Position numbers and translations under genes: made by a program. Positions 1 through 9,594 of a stretch of 64,000 bases of DNA are shown piece by piece. Position 1 is the first letter of the stretch. The number at the start of each line of letters is the position of its first letter. The notes below the pieces were generated by a model. It was not told the DNA's origin. It was given only the letters and a program-made list of their open reading frames with translations, and did no database searches. The stretch is from Halorarum halobium (GTDB lineage: Archaea > Halobacteriota > Halobacteria > Halobacteriales > Haloferacaceae), in the NCBI RefSeq assembly GCF_032116555.1, contig NZ_CP134949.1, forward strand, positions 1,612,001 to 1,676,000, in the 5' to 3' direction.

Positions 1-350
1 GGGAGGACGTGTCCCACGGTCCCGTTCGGGAGTGCGTCGGGTGCGTCCGTGAGGACGACCTGTCCCGGCCGGCCGCGGACGGTGACGGTCGATTCGCCGT
101 CGCTGATCGTCCAGTTGCCGTCCGGGAGCGAGAGGCGGACGTACTCGCCGCGGTCGTTCTCGGTCGGCGGGTTGGGGTAGAGTTCGACGATTCGGGGGTC
201 GACGCTCGTCGCGTTCTCGGGGTCGGCCGAGCGATGTGAGCCGTCGGTTGGCCGATCCGAGGATTGTTCCTGTGGCACTGCAGCGACCGGTGCGGCCGCT
301 GCACAGAGCAGCGCTACCACCACGATCGCCCGCGAGACGGCAGCCGGCAC
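1..350 (-). CDS. 5' part of a secreted protein with a lamin-tail-like domain, probably phospholipase D-like; runs off the window edge
   Basis: Manual translation from GTG at 350: VPAAVSRAIVVVALLCAAAAPVAA (signal peptide) ...PRIVELYPNPPTENDRGEYVRL (LTD-like motif); not in the ORF track. Confidence 0.65.
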   Translation of the reverse strand, partial: MPAAVSRAIVVVALLCAAAAPVAAVPQEQSSDRPTDGSHRSADPENATSVDPRIVELYPNPPTENDRGEYVRLSLPDGNWTISDGESTVTVRGRPGQVVLTDAPDALPNGTVGHVL

Positions 351-420
351 GGGAGTGCTGGTCCCGTTTCAGTACAAGAAGCTTCGGTGCGCTTTTGCCC
401 CCTCACGTCGGGGGCCGGGT

Positions 421-660
421 ATGGTCACGCTCGCAACGGGAGTGCGACTCGCCGGGGCCGCGCTCGGCGCGATCGGGGGCATGCTCGTGTTCATCGAGTT
501 CATGCAGTTACCCTCGTACGTCGAGTACCGCGCGGACGTCGACAGCTACGACCTCAACATCGCACCGCAGGAGCTCCGGGAACACACCTGGATGGGCCGC
601 GTCGGCGGACTGCTCGTCGGCAGCGGGTTCGCGTTGCTGTTCCTCGGCGAACTGCTGTAG
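421..660 (+). CDS. small membrane protein, two TM segments
   Basis: ATG at 421; two hydrophobic stretches around an acidic loop. Confidence 0.7.
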   Translation: MVTLATGVRLAGAALGAIGGMLVFIEFMQLPSYVEYRADVDSYDLNIAPQELREHTWMGRVGGLLVGSGFALLFLGELL

Positions 661-718
661 TTACGAAACACGACGAGCCGTTCCCGCCCGGACCCCGAAG
701 ATCGAACCCGCGTCAGTT

Positions 719-2026
719 CTAGGCCGCCGCCGTCTCCGTCTCGCTCCCGTCCTCCTCGAGCGCGTCGCCCGCCTTCTCCGCCTCGGCCTGGACGATGAAC
801 GAACGGTCGTCCGCGTGTTCGGCCGCGGCCTCGAGCGCGTCCGCGGTTCCGATCTGTCTGAGCGCCCACAGCGCCGCCGCACGCACGGAGTCGCTGTCGT
901 CGTCGGCCGCGGTGTCCGCCAGCGGGTCGACCGCGCGAGCGTCGCCGATCATGCCGAGCGCTCGGGCCGCAAGCGGGCGCACCTCGTCGTTCTCCATGAC
1001 GAGTTTGTCGGCGAGCGGCTGGACGGCGTCCTCGTGACCGATCTCGCCGAGCGCCCTGAACGTCACCTTCTGGAGCGCCGGGTCGGAGTCGGCGTCGACG
1101 TACTCGACGAGCGTCTCGACCGCGTCGGCGGCGGCCATCTTGCCGAGCGCGCGGACGGCGGGCTTGTCCCGCTTCCCGGCGCGCTGGTGCATCGCCTCGA
1201 ACGCGCCCTCGTCGTTCATCCGCGTGATCGCCTCCAGCGCGTGCCGCTCCATGAAGTCCGACTGGAACGAGTCGAGCGCGAGCAGCACCATCTCGACGTT
1301 GCCGCGCTTCTCCCACTCCTTCAGGGCGGCCCACTCGGGCGGGAAGTCCTTGTAGTGGCCGAGCGCGTCGTAGTAGCCCTGCGCCTGCAGCTGTTCGTGC
1401 GTCTCCAGGTCGTCCCACTCCTCGGCGTCCTCGAGGTCGCTCGTCAGCGAGTCGGTCGCCTCGAGGAGCGCGGCGATCGCCGCCGCGTCCTCGTCCGCGT
1501 CGAAATCCTCGGCTTCGACGGCCTCGACGGCCGCGTCGAGGTCCTCCGCGAGTTCGTCGGCGGTCTCGCCGTCCCGCGAGAGGTCGGCGTCCAACACCTC
1601 GTTCACGTCCGCGAGGAAGGAGTCGACGACGCCGGGAAGGCTGGCCGCTCCGTCCTCGGTCCACCGCGTGTCCCGGAGCGTCGCCCGGGCGTCCTCCACG
1701 TCGGCGACGACGTCCTCGGCGTACGGGCCGCGCTGCTCGGCGAGTTCGTCGCGCTGGTCCGAGAGACGGGACTCGAGTTCCTCGCGGGGGTCCTCCGCGT
1801 CATCGTCGTCCTCGTCCGGTTCCGGAAGGCTGGCGGCCTCGAGGTCACTCTCGATCCCGTCGAGGTCGGCCTCCACGTCGTCGAGGTCGGATTCGGTCTC
1901 GGCGGATTCGAGCGCCTCCGCGGTTTCGTCGAGACGCGCGTCGAGGTCCTCGGCGGAGACGTCGGGTGCCGGTTCGCTCTCGCCCGCCTCGTCGCTCGCG
2001 TCCTCGGCGGGTTCCTCGTCACTCAT
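719..2026 (-). CDS. HEAT (PBS-lyase-like) repeat protein with very acidic N-terminus
   Basis: Repeated ALGKM/ALGEIG/ALGMIGD/ALRQIG units in the C-terminal half. Confidence 0.85.
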   Translation of the reverse strand: MSDEEPAEDASDEAGESEPAPDVSAEDLDARLDETAEALESAETESDLDDVEADLDGIESDLEAASLPEPDEDDDDAEDPREELESRLSDQRDELAEQRGPYAEDVVADVEDARATLRDTRWTEDGAASLPGVVDSFLADVNEVLDADLSRDGETADELAEDLDAAVEAVEAEDFDADEDAAAIAALLEATDSLTSDLEDAEEWDDLETHEQLQAQGYYDALGHYKDFPPEWAALKEWEKRGNVEMVLLALDSFQSDFMERHALEAITRMNDEGAFEAMHQRAGKRDKPAVRALGKMAAADAVETLVEYVDADSDPALQKVTFRALGEIGHEDAVQPLADKLVMENDEVRPLAARALGMIGDARAVDPLADTAADDDSDSVRAAALWALRQIGTADALEAAAEHADDRSFIVQAEAEKAGDALEEDGSETETAAA

Positions 2027-2277
2027 GTGTCAGACTCCGCGTGTCGTCTACAAGGGCGTTTCCCTTCTCGTCCGGAGCGCACGACGAACGAGCGCGGGTC
2101 GGAAGACTGCGCACTACTCGCCTCCGTCTTTGCCCGGATGCGGTTCCCACGGACCTGTCCGCTCGGATTCGTTTCCACGGACCATCATCCACCTGCACCG
2201 CCTGACCCGTTCCGCGTCGGCTGGGCAGGAAGAACTGGTTGATCACCTACCACGAGGATCCCACTCCGACAACAATA

Positions 2278-2293
2278 TTTTGGAATACCTAAA
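2278..2293. promoter_or_regulatory. putative DtxR-family operator upstream of dpsA
   Basis: TTTTGG-AATA-CCTAAA, about 25 bp upstream of a TTAAG TATA-like box at 2318. Confidence 0.55.
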
Positions 2294-2348
2294 GAGATAT
2301 TCTCGAGAAGCACAGAGTTAAGTGCCTTCCATCCCAAACGAGAGGTAC

Positions 2349-2897
2349 ATGAGCACACAAAAGCAGGTGCGACAGAGCCCGGGCGAAGTCGAAGGCAGCG
2401 AGGCGCTCCGCATGGACGCCGACAAGGCCGAACAGATCGTCGACGCACTCAACACCGACCTCGCGGCGACGTACGTCCTCTACCATCAGCTGAAGAAGCA
2501 CCACTGGAACGTCGAGGGCGCGGAGTTCCGCGACCTCCACCTGTTCCTCGACGAGGCGGCCGAGCACGCCGAACTGTTCGCGGACGCGCTGGCCGAGCGC
2601 GCCCAGGCCATCGGCGGCGTCCCGCACGCGAACATGCGGACGCTGGCCGAGAACGCTCCCGTCGAGGCGGAGGACGAGGACGTCTACGACATCCGGACGT
2701 CGCTGCGGAACGACATGGAGATGTACGGCGACATCATCGAGACGCTCCGCGAGCACGTCGAACTCGCGGACAACCTCGGCGACCCGGCGACGGCGGAACT
2801 CCTCCGACAGAACCTCGTTCAGGTCGAGGAGGACGCCCACCACTTCGAACACTACCTCGAGGACGACACGCTGGTCTTCCCCGAGGCGATGGACTGA
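2349..2897 (+). CDS. dpsA: Dps-like ferritin DpsA
   Basis: LYHQLKKHHWNVEGAEFRDLHLFLDE motif, D-x-LAER, EEDAHH. Confidence 0.95.
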   Translation: MSTQKQVRQSPGEVEGSEALRMDADKAEQIVDALNTDLAATYVLYHQLKKHHWNVEGAEFRDLHLFLDEAAEHAELFADALAERAQAIGGVPHANMRTLAENAPVEAEDEDVYDIRTSLRNDMEMYGDIIETLREHVELADNLGDPATAELLRQNLVQVEEDAHHFEHYLEDDTLVFPEAMD

Positions 2898-3026
2898 GAT
2901 TCCGGGTCGAACTCGTCCCGAAACTATCGTTTTTCGGCCGCTCACTGCGGGAGAACAGCGTCTCGCTTCGAACTGCTTCGCGGAACCCGTCGACCCCGAT
3001 TCGCCCCCTCTGTCTGCGCTCGACCG

Positions 3027-3182
3027 CTACTCGGTCACCGAGACCGTGACGTCGGTCGAGATCCACGCGTCAGCGTTGCCGTCCTCGGTGAACACTGTCC
3101 GGTCGGGCGACGTCCGGTGGGCCGACACGTGCTCCGAAGCGTCGTCCGCGCCGGTGACCGCCTCGCGGTCTGGAACTGCCAT
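3027..3182 (-). CDS. small 51-aa acidic protein of unknown function
   Basis: MAVPDREAVTGADDASEHVSAHRTSPDRTVFTEDGNADAWISTDVTVSVTE; TATATA 26 bp upstream (leaderless geometry); below the ORF-track cutoff. Confidence 0.75.
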   Translation of the reverse strand: MAVPDREAVTGADDASEHVSAHRTSPDRTVFTEDGNADAWISTDVTVSVTE

Positions 3183-3190
3183 TACGCGAG

Positions 3191-3231
3191 TTAGGTCGGC
3201 CTAATCGTATATAGGTTTTGGTACGCCGAAA
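3191..3231 (-). promoter_or_regulatory. promoter of the small ORF, flanked by two DtxR-like palindromes
   Basis: TTAGG-TCGG-CCTAA (3191-3204), TATATA (3208-3213), TTTTGG-TACG-CCGAAA (3216-3231). Confidence 0.65.
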
Positions 3232-3449
3232 GATATCGCAGCGAGCCAGCACGATGCCCTTTCGGAGGTGCCTCCACCCAGTTTTCCCCGGTGGATTCCT
3301 CGGGACGGGCGACCACATCGGGACCGGCGAACCACATCGGGGCCGACAGTCACTGCGGCACCGGCCGACGTCCGACGGCCGGCGTCGGCGATGGAGGCAA
3401 TCCCGTCGCCCGACAACGGCCATTTAGGGCCCCTGCGCGTACGCCGCCC

Positions 3450-4556
3450 ATGGTCGAGACGCTGTTCTCTCCACTCACGCTCGGGGGGACGGAGATTCCG
3501 AACCGCGTGATGGTGTCGCCGATGTGCCAGTACTCCTCGCCCGAGGGGCTGGCGACGGACTGGCACCTCGTCCACCTCGGATCGCGCGCGGTCGGCGGGG
3601 CAGGGCTCGTGATGACCGAGGCGACGGCCGTGACGCCCGCGGGGCGCATCTCGCCGCAGGACCTGGGCATCTGGTCGGACGAGCACGCCGACGCGCTCGC
3701 CCCCGTCGCGGAGTTCGTTCGCTCGCAGGGCTCGGTGCCCGCGATCCAGCTGGCACACGCCGGCCGGAAGGCGTCGACCCGCCGTCCGTGGGAGGGCGGC
3801 GGGCCGGTGCCACTGGACGAGGGCGGCTGGGAGACGGTCGCGCCGAGCGAGACGCCCTACCCGCGGGACGGCGACGAGCAGCCGACCCGCAAACTGGATC
3901 GGGGGGACCTCGAGGACCTCGTCGCGGACTTTGCCGACGCGGCGGAGCGAGCGCTCGACGCCGGGTTCGAGGTCGCGGAGATCCACGCCGCACACGGCTA
4001 CCTCCTCCACGAGTTCCTCTCGCCGGTCGCCAACGCGCGGACCGACGAGTACGGCGGTTCCTTCCGGAACCGGACGCGACTCCTCCGGGAAGTGACGAGC
4101 GCCGTCCGGTCGGTGTGGCCCGACGAGAAACCCGTGTTCGTCCGGATCTCGGCGACCGACTGGATCGACGGGGAGCCCTCGTGGGACGTCGAGCAGTCCG
4201 CGCGGCTCGCACCGCTGCTCGCGGAGGCGGGTGCCGACCTCGTCGACGTGAGTTCGGGCGGCATCTCGCCGGCCCAGGACGTTCCCCACGCCGGACCGGG
4301 GTATCAGCTCCCCTACGCCGAGGTGATCAGGGAACACGTCCGTGAGGAGTCGGCCGACGTCGCCGTCGCCACGGTCGGCGGAATCACGTCGCCGGAGCAG
4401 GCACAGGAGATCGTCCGCAACGACCGGGCCGACGCCGTGCTGATGGCCCGCGAGTTCCTCCGCTCGCCGTACTGGCCGCTCCACGCGGCCCCCGAACTCG
4501 GCGAGGACGACGCCGTCGACTGGCCCGTCCAGTACCGCCGGGCGGTATCGGAGTGA
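3450..4556 (+). CDS. NADH:flavin oxidoreductase (old yellow enzyme, YqjM/NamA-like)
   Basis: NRVMVSPMCQYS, IQLAHAGRK, EIHAAHGYLLHEFLSP, C-terminal QYRRA. Confidence 0.93.
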   Translation: MVETLFSPLTLGGTEIPNRVMVSPMCQYSSPEGLATDWHLVHLGSRAVGGAGLVMTEATAVTPAGRISPQDLGIWSDEHADALAPVAEFVRSQGSVPAIQLAHAGRKASTRRPWEGGGPVPLDEGGWETVAPSETPYPRDGDEQPTRKLDRGDLEDLVADFADAAERALDAGFEVAEIHAAHGYLLHEFLSPVANARTDEYGGSFRNRTRLLREVTSAVRSVWPDEKPVFVRISATDWIDGEPSWDVEQSARLAPLLAEAGADLVDVSSGGISPAQDVPHAGPGYQLPYAEVIREHVREESADVAVATVGGITSPEQAQEIVRNDRADAVLMAREFLRSPYWPLHAAPELGEDDAVDWPVQYRRAVSE

Positions 4557-4663
4557 CACGATCGGACCCCGTTTCGGGGGACGGACCCGACGTTCCCACG
4601 GACGGTCCGGCTCCGAAACGGTTCGTGGGTAGGTTTTTCGCGCGTGCGGCGTAACGTCAGCAC

Positions 4664-5539
4664 ATGAGCGACCGCTCCCCCCGCGACGACGACGAGCTCG
4701 AGGCGCTCCTCTCGGAACTCGAGTCGACCCTCAGGGACCTGCGCTCGGAACTCGACGACCGGCCCGACGGTCGCGGACGCGGCCGACGTCGGTCCGACCG
4801 CCGTGCGTCCGGCCGGCGGGAACTGCCGCGCCCGCCCAGCGTCGGCGAACTGCTCCGGTTCACGAACGACTACACCATCCCGACCGTCATCGCCACCCTC
4901 CAGGCGACGATCGAGGCGCTCGAACTGTTTCGCCGGTTCCTCGAACTCGGCGTCGGCACCGACAGGGACCGGGGCAGGGTGGGCGACGACGACCGCTCGA
5001 TACTTCGGCCGGCGCTCTCGGGGGCGGGCGACCGCGCCGCCTCGGACGTCACCGACGCCCTCTCGCGGCTCCGGACGACGCTGGCGGAGGCGGATCTGCC
5101 CGAGGACGAGACCTCGCGGGACGTCATCGAGGACGCGCGCGACCTCTCGGCGCGGATCGAGGAGCGAATCGCGGACTCGCGCGAGACGGTTTCGCGGGAA
5201 CGCGACCGCGAGCGTGCGGAGAACGCTGACGGTGACGGCGCGGTCGTCATCGACGTGACGGACGGCGATGACAGAACCGGCGACGCGGACGGAGCGGACG
5301 CCGACGCGGGCGAACCCGAGGACGACCCCCCGCAGGTCGACGTCGAATCCGAACTGCGGTCCATCAAACGACGGATGGGGAAAGGGGAGTCGAGTGCGGA
5401 CGAGGACCCGGCCGCTGACGAGGGGAACGACGCGGCCGGCGCGGCCGACGACGGGGACGAGGGGGACACTGACGACGAGAACGGGGCCGACGCCGACGCC
5501 GACGCGACGACCGACCCGGACGACTCGCCGACCGAGTGA
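4664..5539 (+). CDS. acidic coiled-coil hypothetical protein
   Basis: Long ORF with haloarchaeal codon bias; RPPSVGELLRFTNDYTIP and VDVESELRSIK segments. Confidence 0.75.
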   Translation: MSDRSPRDDDELEALLSELESTLRDLRSELDDRPDGRGRGRRRSDRRASGRRELPRPPSVGELLRFTNDYTIPTVIATLQATIEALELFRRFLELGVGTDRDRGRVGDDDRSILRPALSGAGDRAASDVTDALSRLRTTLAEADLPEDETSRDVIEDARDLSARIEERIADSRETVSRERDRERAENADGDGAVVIDVTDGDDRTGDADGADADAGEPEDDPPQVDVESELRSIKRRMGKGESSADEDPAADEGNDAAGAADDGDEGDTDDENGADADADATTDPDDSPTE

Positions 5540-5567
5540 CCGCCGGCGGTGTTCGGATCGTTCGGAC

Positions 5568-5981
5568 CTACTCGACCGGACGGAACCGGTAGCCGTCCCA
5601 CGACTGGCTCTCGGCCTCGCGGATCCCCGCGTCGGGGTCCCGGAGCTCCTCGCAGTACGTCGGTTCGACCGTGTCGCCGATCTCCACGTCGTCGTCGGCA
5701 ACCTGGCCGATTGCCCGCACCGGCTCGCCGTCCACGTCGAACTCGACGATCGCCAGGTGGTTCGGCTCGCGGACGCCCGGCGGGGTCGCGGTCGAGGTCG
5801 TCCAGGTCACCACCTCGGCGTCGTACTCGGCGAGGTCGACGGTCCCGACCGGGGCGTCGCCGCCCGGGCCGACCGGATGTGACGGGTAGGTGATGCTCCC
5901 GTCGGGGTAGCGTGCGGCCTCGAACGCCGGCCGGTCGGCGCCCTGGGGGGCGGGTTCCGGGGACTCGTCGGCTCCGGTCAT
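5568..5981 (-). CDS. DUF35-type OB-fold partner of thiolase, without Zn-ribbon cysteines
   Basis: EVVTWT...P-N-LAIVEF...RAIGQ...IGDTVE; start overlaps the thiolase stop. Confidence 0.85.
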   Translation of the reverse strand: MTGADESPEPAPQGADRPAFEAARYPDGSITYPSHPVGPGGDAPVGTVDLAEYDAEVVTWTTSTATPPGVREPNHLAIVEFDVDGEPVRAIGQVADDDVEIGDTVEPTYCEELRDPDAGIREAESQSWDGYRFRPVE

Positions 5982-7132
5982 GCTCCGGCCTCCAGAATGG
6001 TCGTCGTCACGCAGTTCCCGAACCCGCCGACGTTGCACGCCAGTCCGACGTCCGCGTCGACCTGACGGGCTCCGGCGTCGCCCATCACCTGCCGGTAGAT
6101 CTCGTACACCTGCGCGACGCCCGACGCGCCGAGCGGGTGGCCCTTCGACTTCAGCCCGCCCGAGGTGTTGACCGGAATCTCGCCGTCTCGCGCAGTGCTC
6201 CCGTCCTCGACCGCCTTCCAGCCCTCGCCCTTCGGCGCGAACCCGAGATCTTCGAACTGCAGGAACTCGAGGATGGTGAACATGTCGTGGAGCTCCGCGA
6301 CGTCGACGTCGTCCGGTTCGAGGTCCGCCATCCCGTAGGCCTGCTCGCTCGATTCGACCACCCCGCGCATCGTCGTCGGGTCGGCGCGCTCGTGGACGAC
6401 GTGGGTGTCAGTCGCGCCCGCGACGCCCGAGACGACCGCGTACTCGTCGGCGTACTCGCGGGCGACCGACTCCGGGCAGAACAGCAGCGCCGCCGAGCCG
6501 TCCGTGATGGGACAGAAGTCGTAGAGGCGAAGCGGGTCGGCCACGACTGGCGAGTCGAGCACGGTGTCCAGGTCCACCTCCTTCCTGAACTGTGCGTGCG
6601 GGTTGTCGACGCCGTTCCGGTGGTTCTTCACCGCGACCTTCCCGAGGCTCTCGCGCGGGGCGTCGTAGCTCTCCAGATAGAGGCGCGCCGTCAGCCCGGC
6701 GAACGACGGGAGCGTCACGCCGTGTTTGTACTCCACCGGGTGCGTGAGCGAGGCGATGACGTCGGTCGATTCGGCGGTCGACCGGTGGGTCATCTTCTCG
6801 CCGCCGACGAGCAGCGTCATCTCCGACGCGCCGGAGGCGACCGACTGCCAGGCGGCGTACGTGCCGGCTCCACCGGAGGAGGAGGTCTGGTCGATTCGAG
6901 CGGTGTAGGCGGGCATCGCCGCGAGGTCGTGTGCCAGCGCGTTCGGCACGCCGGTCTGGCCCTCGAACTCGCCGCTCGCCATGTTCGAGACGTAGAGGTG
7001 GTCGACGGCGTCCGGCGGCACGCCCGCGTCCGCGAGACACGCCTGCCCGGCTTCGGCCAGCAGTTCACGGATCCACGCGTCGCGCTGCCCGAACTGGGTC
7101 ATCGACGCGCCGACGACTGCGACTCGGTCCAT
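5978..7132 (-). CDS. thiolase-fold protein (SCP2/archaeal type)
   Basis: VNTSGGLKSKGHPLGASG, AELHDMF, PITDGSAA. Confidence 0.92.
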   Translation of the reverse strand: MDRVAVVGASMTQFGQRDAWIRELLAEAGQACLADAGVPPDAVDHLYVSNMASGEFEGQTGVPNALAHDLAAMPAYTARIDQTSSSGGAGTYAAWQSVASGASEMTLLVGGEKMTHRSTAESTDVIASLTHPVEYKHGVTLPSFAGLTARLYLESYDAPRESLGKVAVKNHRNGVDNPHAQFRKEVDLDTVLDSPVVADPLRLYDFCPITDGSAALLFCPESVAREYADEYAVVSGVAGATDTHVVHERADPTTMRGVVESSEQAYGMADLEPDDVDVAELHDMFTILEFLQFEDLGFAPKGEGWKAVEDGSTARDGEIPVNTSGGLKSKGHPLGASGVAQVYEIYRQVMGDAGARQVDADVGLACNVGGFGNCVTTTILEAGA

Positions 7133-7236
7133 GCAGGGCGAGCGGCCCGGGGCCACTTCGCCGTTTCCCTCCCGCCCGCTCGCCCGCCTGAGACCGAACG
7201 GACATCCGTTAAGTGCCCGCCCTCCGGACGGCCCGT

Positions 7237-7653
7237 ATGGACATGCAGGACGCCGCGCCCGTCGCCGGCATCGGCGGCTGTCTCGCCACGCTGCTCGCGC
7301 TCGCCGCCCCGTACGTGCTGATCAGCGAGCCCGGGACCGGTCTCACGGTGTACTACGCGAGCGGCCCGCTGGGGGCGGCCGGGATCGGGTTCCTCGCGGC
7401 GCTGCTGGTCGTCGTGTTCCTCTCGGGCAAACAGGGACGGACGGCCCCGGACACGGTCGCCGGCATCGCGGTCGTCGCGTCGTTCGGGCTGTTCGTGTTG
7501 ACGCTCCTCTGGGCGCTCTCGGTCGACCCCACGAACGTCCTCTCGTTCCCGGCGAGCGCACGGTGGATGACCGGCCACCGGTGGATACTGCTCGCCTGTA
7601 GCGCGCTCGTCCCCGTTGCCGGCGCGGCGTACGTGTGGGCCGTGCTGCGCTGA
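7237..7653 (+). CDS. membrane protein, about four TM segments
   Basis: Hydrophobic helices; TTAAG box at 7209. Confidence 0.75.
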   Translation: MDMQDAAPVAGIGGCLATLLALAAPYVLISEPGTGLTVYYASGPLGAAGIGFLAALLVVVFLSGKQGRTAPDTVAGIAVVASFGLFVLTLLWALSVDPTNVLSFPASARWMTGHRWILLACSALVPVAGAAYVWAVLR

Positions 7654-7725
7654 GTTCGCGCCGTCAATCGGTCATCGTGTGCCGGCCAACGCGTTCCGGC
7701 CATCGCTCCGGATGGAACGCGAGCG

Positions 7726-8319
7726 TCAGTCCACGGTCGGTTCCCGGAGCGCGGCCGAGTCGAGCGCCGACGCCAGCCGTGAGCCGACCGGGACCAGTTC
7801 GGCGAAGCCGTCGGTTCGGACGTCGACGTCCCCGTTGACGGTGACGAACCCGAGCCCGCCGTTCGCTGCGTCGTCCAGGTTCGTCAGGAACGCGACCTTC
7901 CTGTCCGCGGGAATCGCCGCGACCGTCCCCGACTCCTCGACCGAGCCGTACAGCCTGCGGAACTCGTGGACGTGTTCGACACATCGCGGGGTGGGCGCGA
8001 ACAGCAGCAGAACGCGGACGCCCGGCCCGGTGCGCCGCACGGATCGCCGGAGTTCGTGCTCGTCGTCCTTGTAGAAGTAGCGCTCCATCCGACGGTACTG
8101 GCGGAGGACTTCGTTCGCGCCGGTCACGTGTCCCAGCGCGGCGTCGCCCTTGAGTTCGATGAGGTACTCGACGGGATCGGGTGTTCGGACGCGGACGTAC
8201 ACGTCGACCGAGCCCCGGTTGCCGTAGTGGTCGTACGGCTCCTCCAGCCGGATCGTCGCGTCCTCGAACGCCGCCCGGAAGTGTTCGACCACCCGGGTCG
8301 CCAGCGTGTCCTCCCGCAT
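7726..8319 (-). CDS. hypothetical protein with a PD-(D/E)xK nuclease-like motif
   Basis: EEPY..GNRGSVDVY...YLIELK...NEVLRQY. Confidence 0.6.
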   Translation of the reverse strand: MREDTLATRVVEHFRAAFEDATIRLEEPYDHYGNRGSVDVYVRVRTPDPVEYLIELKGDAALGHVTGANEVLRQYRRMERYFYKDDEHELRRSVRRTGPGVRVLLLFAPTPRCVEHVHEFRRLYGSVEESGTVAAIPADRKVAFLTNLDDAANGGLGFVTVNGDVDVRTDGFAELVPVGSRLASALDSAALREPTVD

Positions 8320-8456
8320 CGATCGACCGATGGAACGCCGTCGACGCCCAAAGCCTTCGCGGTTCCCCGAGGGGGGACGCCGAGGCGTCTGGTGAAACCG
8401 GCCGGCGGGAGCGGGCCGGGACCGCAAGGCCCATAAGTGGGTCCGAACTATCCCGA

Positions 8457-8768
8457 GGTGGACTAGGTCGGGCAGTTAGGCCCTGCTCGTCACCCGTGAG
8501 AGAGTCTTCAGCGGGGACCGAACGCCGGCGGCGTCCGGGGTGCCCGTCGCGGGCCCCGGAAGCCGACGTCGAAGCCTCGTCCGCCGGGGACAGCGGTCCG
8601 CCGGGCCGCACCCGCAGGGGTGCGCGCCCGCGGTTCGTCGGCGGCACCGGGTCAGGCGCGGAAGCGAGCAGCCCACCGCCGAACGCCCGTCGCTCGTCGG
8701 GTCGCGGGGTCGAGGAGGCACCCGGGATTCCCCGTGGCGGAATCCCCGGGCAATGCCGGTCGTCCACC
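8457..8768 (+). ncRNA. ffs: signal recognition particle (7S) RNA
   Basis: 5' GGTGGAC pairs with 3' GTCCACC; helix 8 TCAGGCGCGGAAGCGAGCAGC; helix 6 with GCAG loop; CATAAG box at 8432. Confidence 0.95.
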
Positions 8769-8854
8769 ATTCATACCGGAGTCCCGTCCCGACCAGCGGG
8801 TGGTCCGCGGGACGCTTCCGAAGTTTCGAGTACCCGTCGCTCCAGTCACAACGT

Positions 8855-9124
8855 ATGAGCGAAGCCGACGCGAACGGCGTCACGGCGACGTACGAGGAGA
8901 CGGACGCCGAGCGCGTGCTGGCGTTCGAGCGCGACGGCCGGACGGCCGTCGTCGCACAGAACGTCGAGGGGTACGCGATGTTGAAGGTCCGAACCGGCGT
9001 CGCGAGCGACGAACTGGAGCGATACTACGGGTTCGACATGGCCCTGGACCACGCTGCGGAACTGCTCGGCGTCCCGGTCGGTTCGCTCCCCGTTCCGGAG
9101 GACGCCGCCGACATGGGAATGTAG
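8855..9124 (+). CDS. conserved-looking hypothetical protein
   Basis: AQNVEGYAMLKVR...ELERYYGFDMALDHAAELLG...DMGM. Confidence 0.8.
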   Translation: MSEADANGVTATYEETDAERVLAFERDGRTAVVAQNVEGYAMLKVRTGVASDELERYYGFDMALDHAAELLGVPVGSLPVPEDAADMGM

Positions 9125-9594
9125 CACTGGTCGGTTGGCGGGCCCGTCGGCTCCGCAACCGTGCTCACGACCGCCAGATCCGGACTGGACACCGTGCTGT
9201 TCGACCGCCAGCGCGTCTCGGAGATCATCAACGGCGACCTCCGAGCGTGGCCGCGAGCGATCCACCGGACCACGGGGAACACGACCGCGACGGGACGGCC
9301 GGCGATCACGAACCGCTGCCAGGGTTCGAGGCGGTCGTCTCCGAGGCGGGCGCGGCGTACAACGTCCTGGAGACGGAATCGCTCTCCGAGATCAGTGCCT
9401 GTCTCCGGAACTGATCGGCGGTCGGTGATCGAGGTTCGAGTCGTTCCCCGGGCGAAGGCCGGGAGGGGCCCCGTGGTTTCACCGACGCGGACGACCGGCG
9501 GCCGCGTGGAACGTTCTCCGAACGGTCGATACGCGCTCGAGGCTATGGTACACCCTGACAGTAGGGTTATGTGGGTGTCGACCGTCCTTGGTTC

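Noticed and set aside
8540..8854. N-terminal extension of ORF 8540-9124 and other ORFs across 8440-8800
   Set aside because: They overlap the SRP RNA gene; the credible protein starts at ATG 8855.
9135..9414. Protein-like fragments in different frames (GLDTVLFDRQRVSEIINGDL; FEAVVSEAGAAYNVLETESLSE)
   Set aside because: Possibly a gene remnant, but I cannot assign a family or boundaries without a search.
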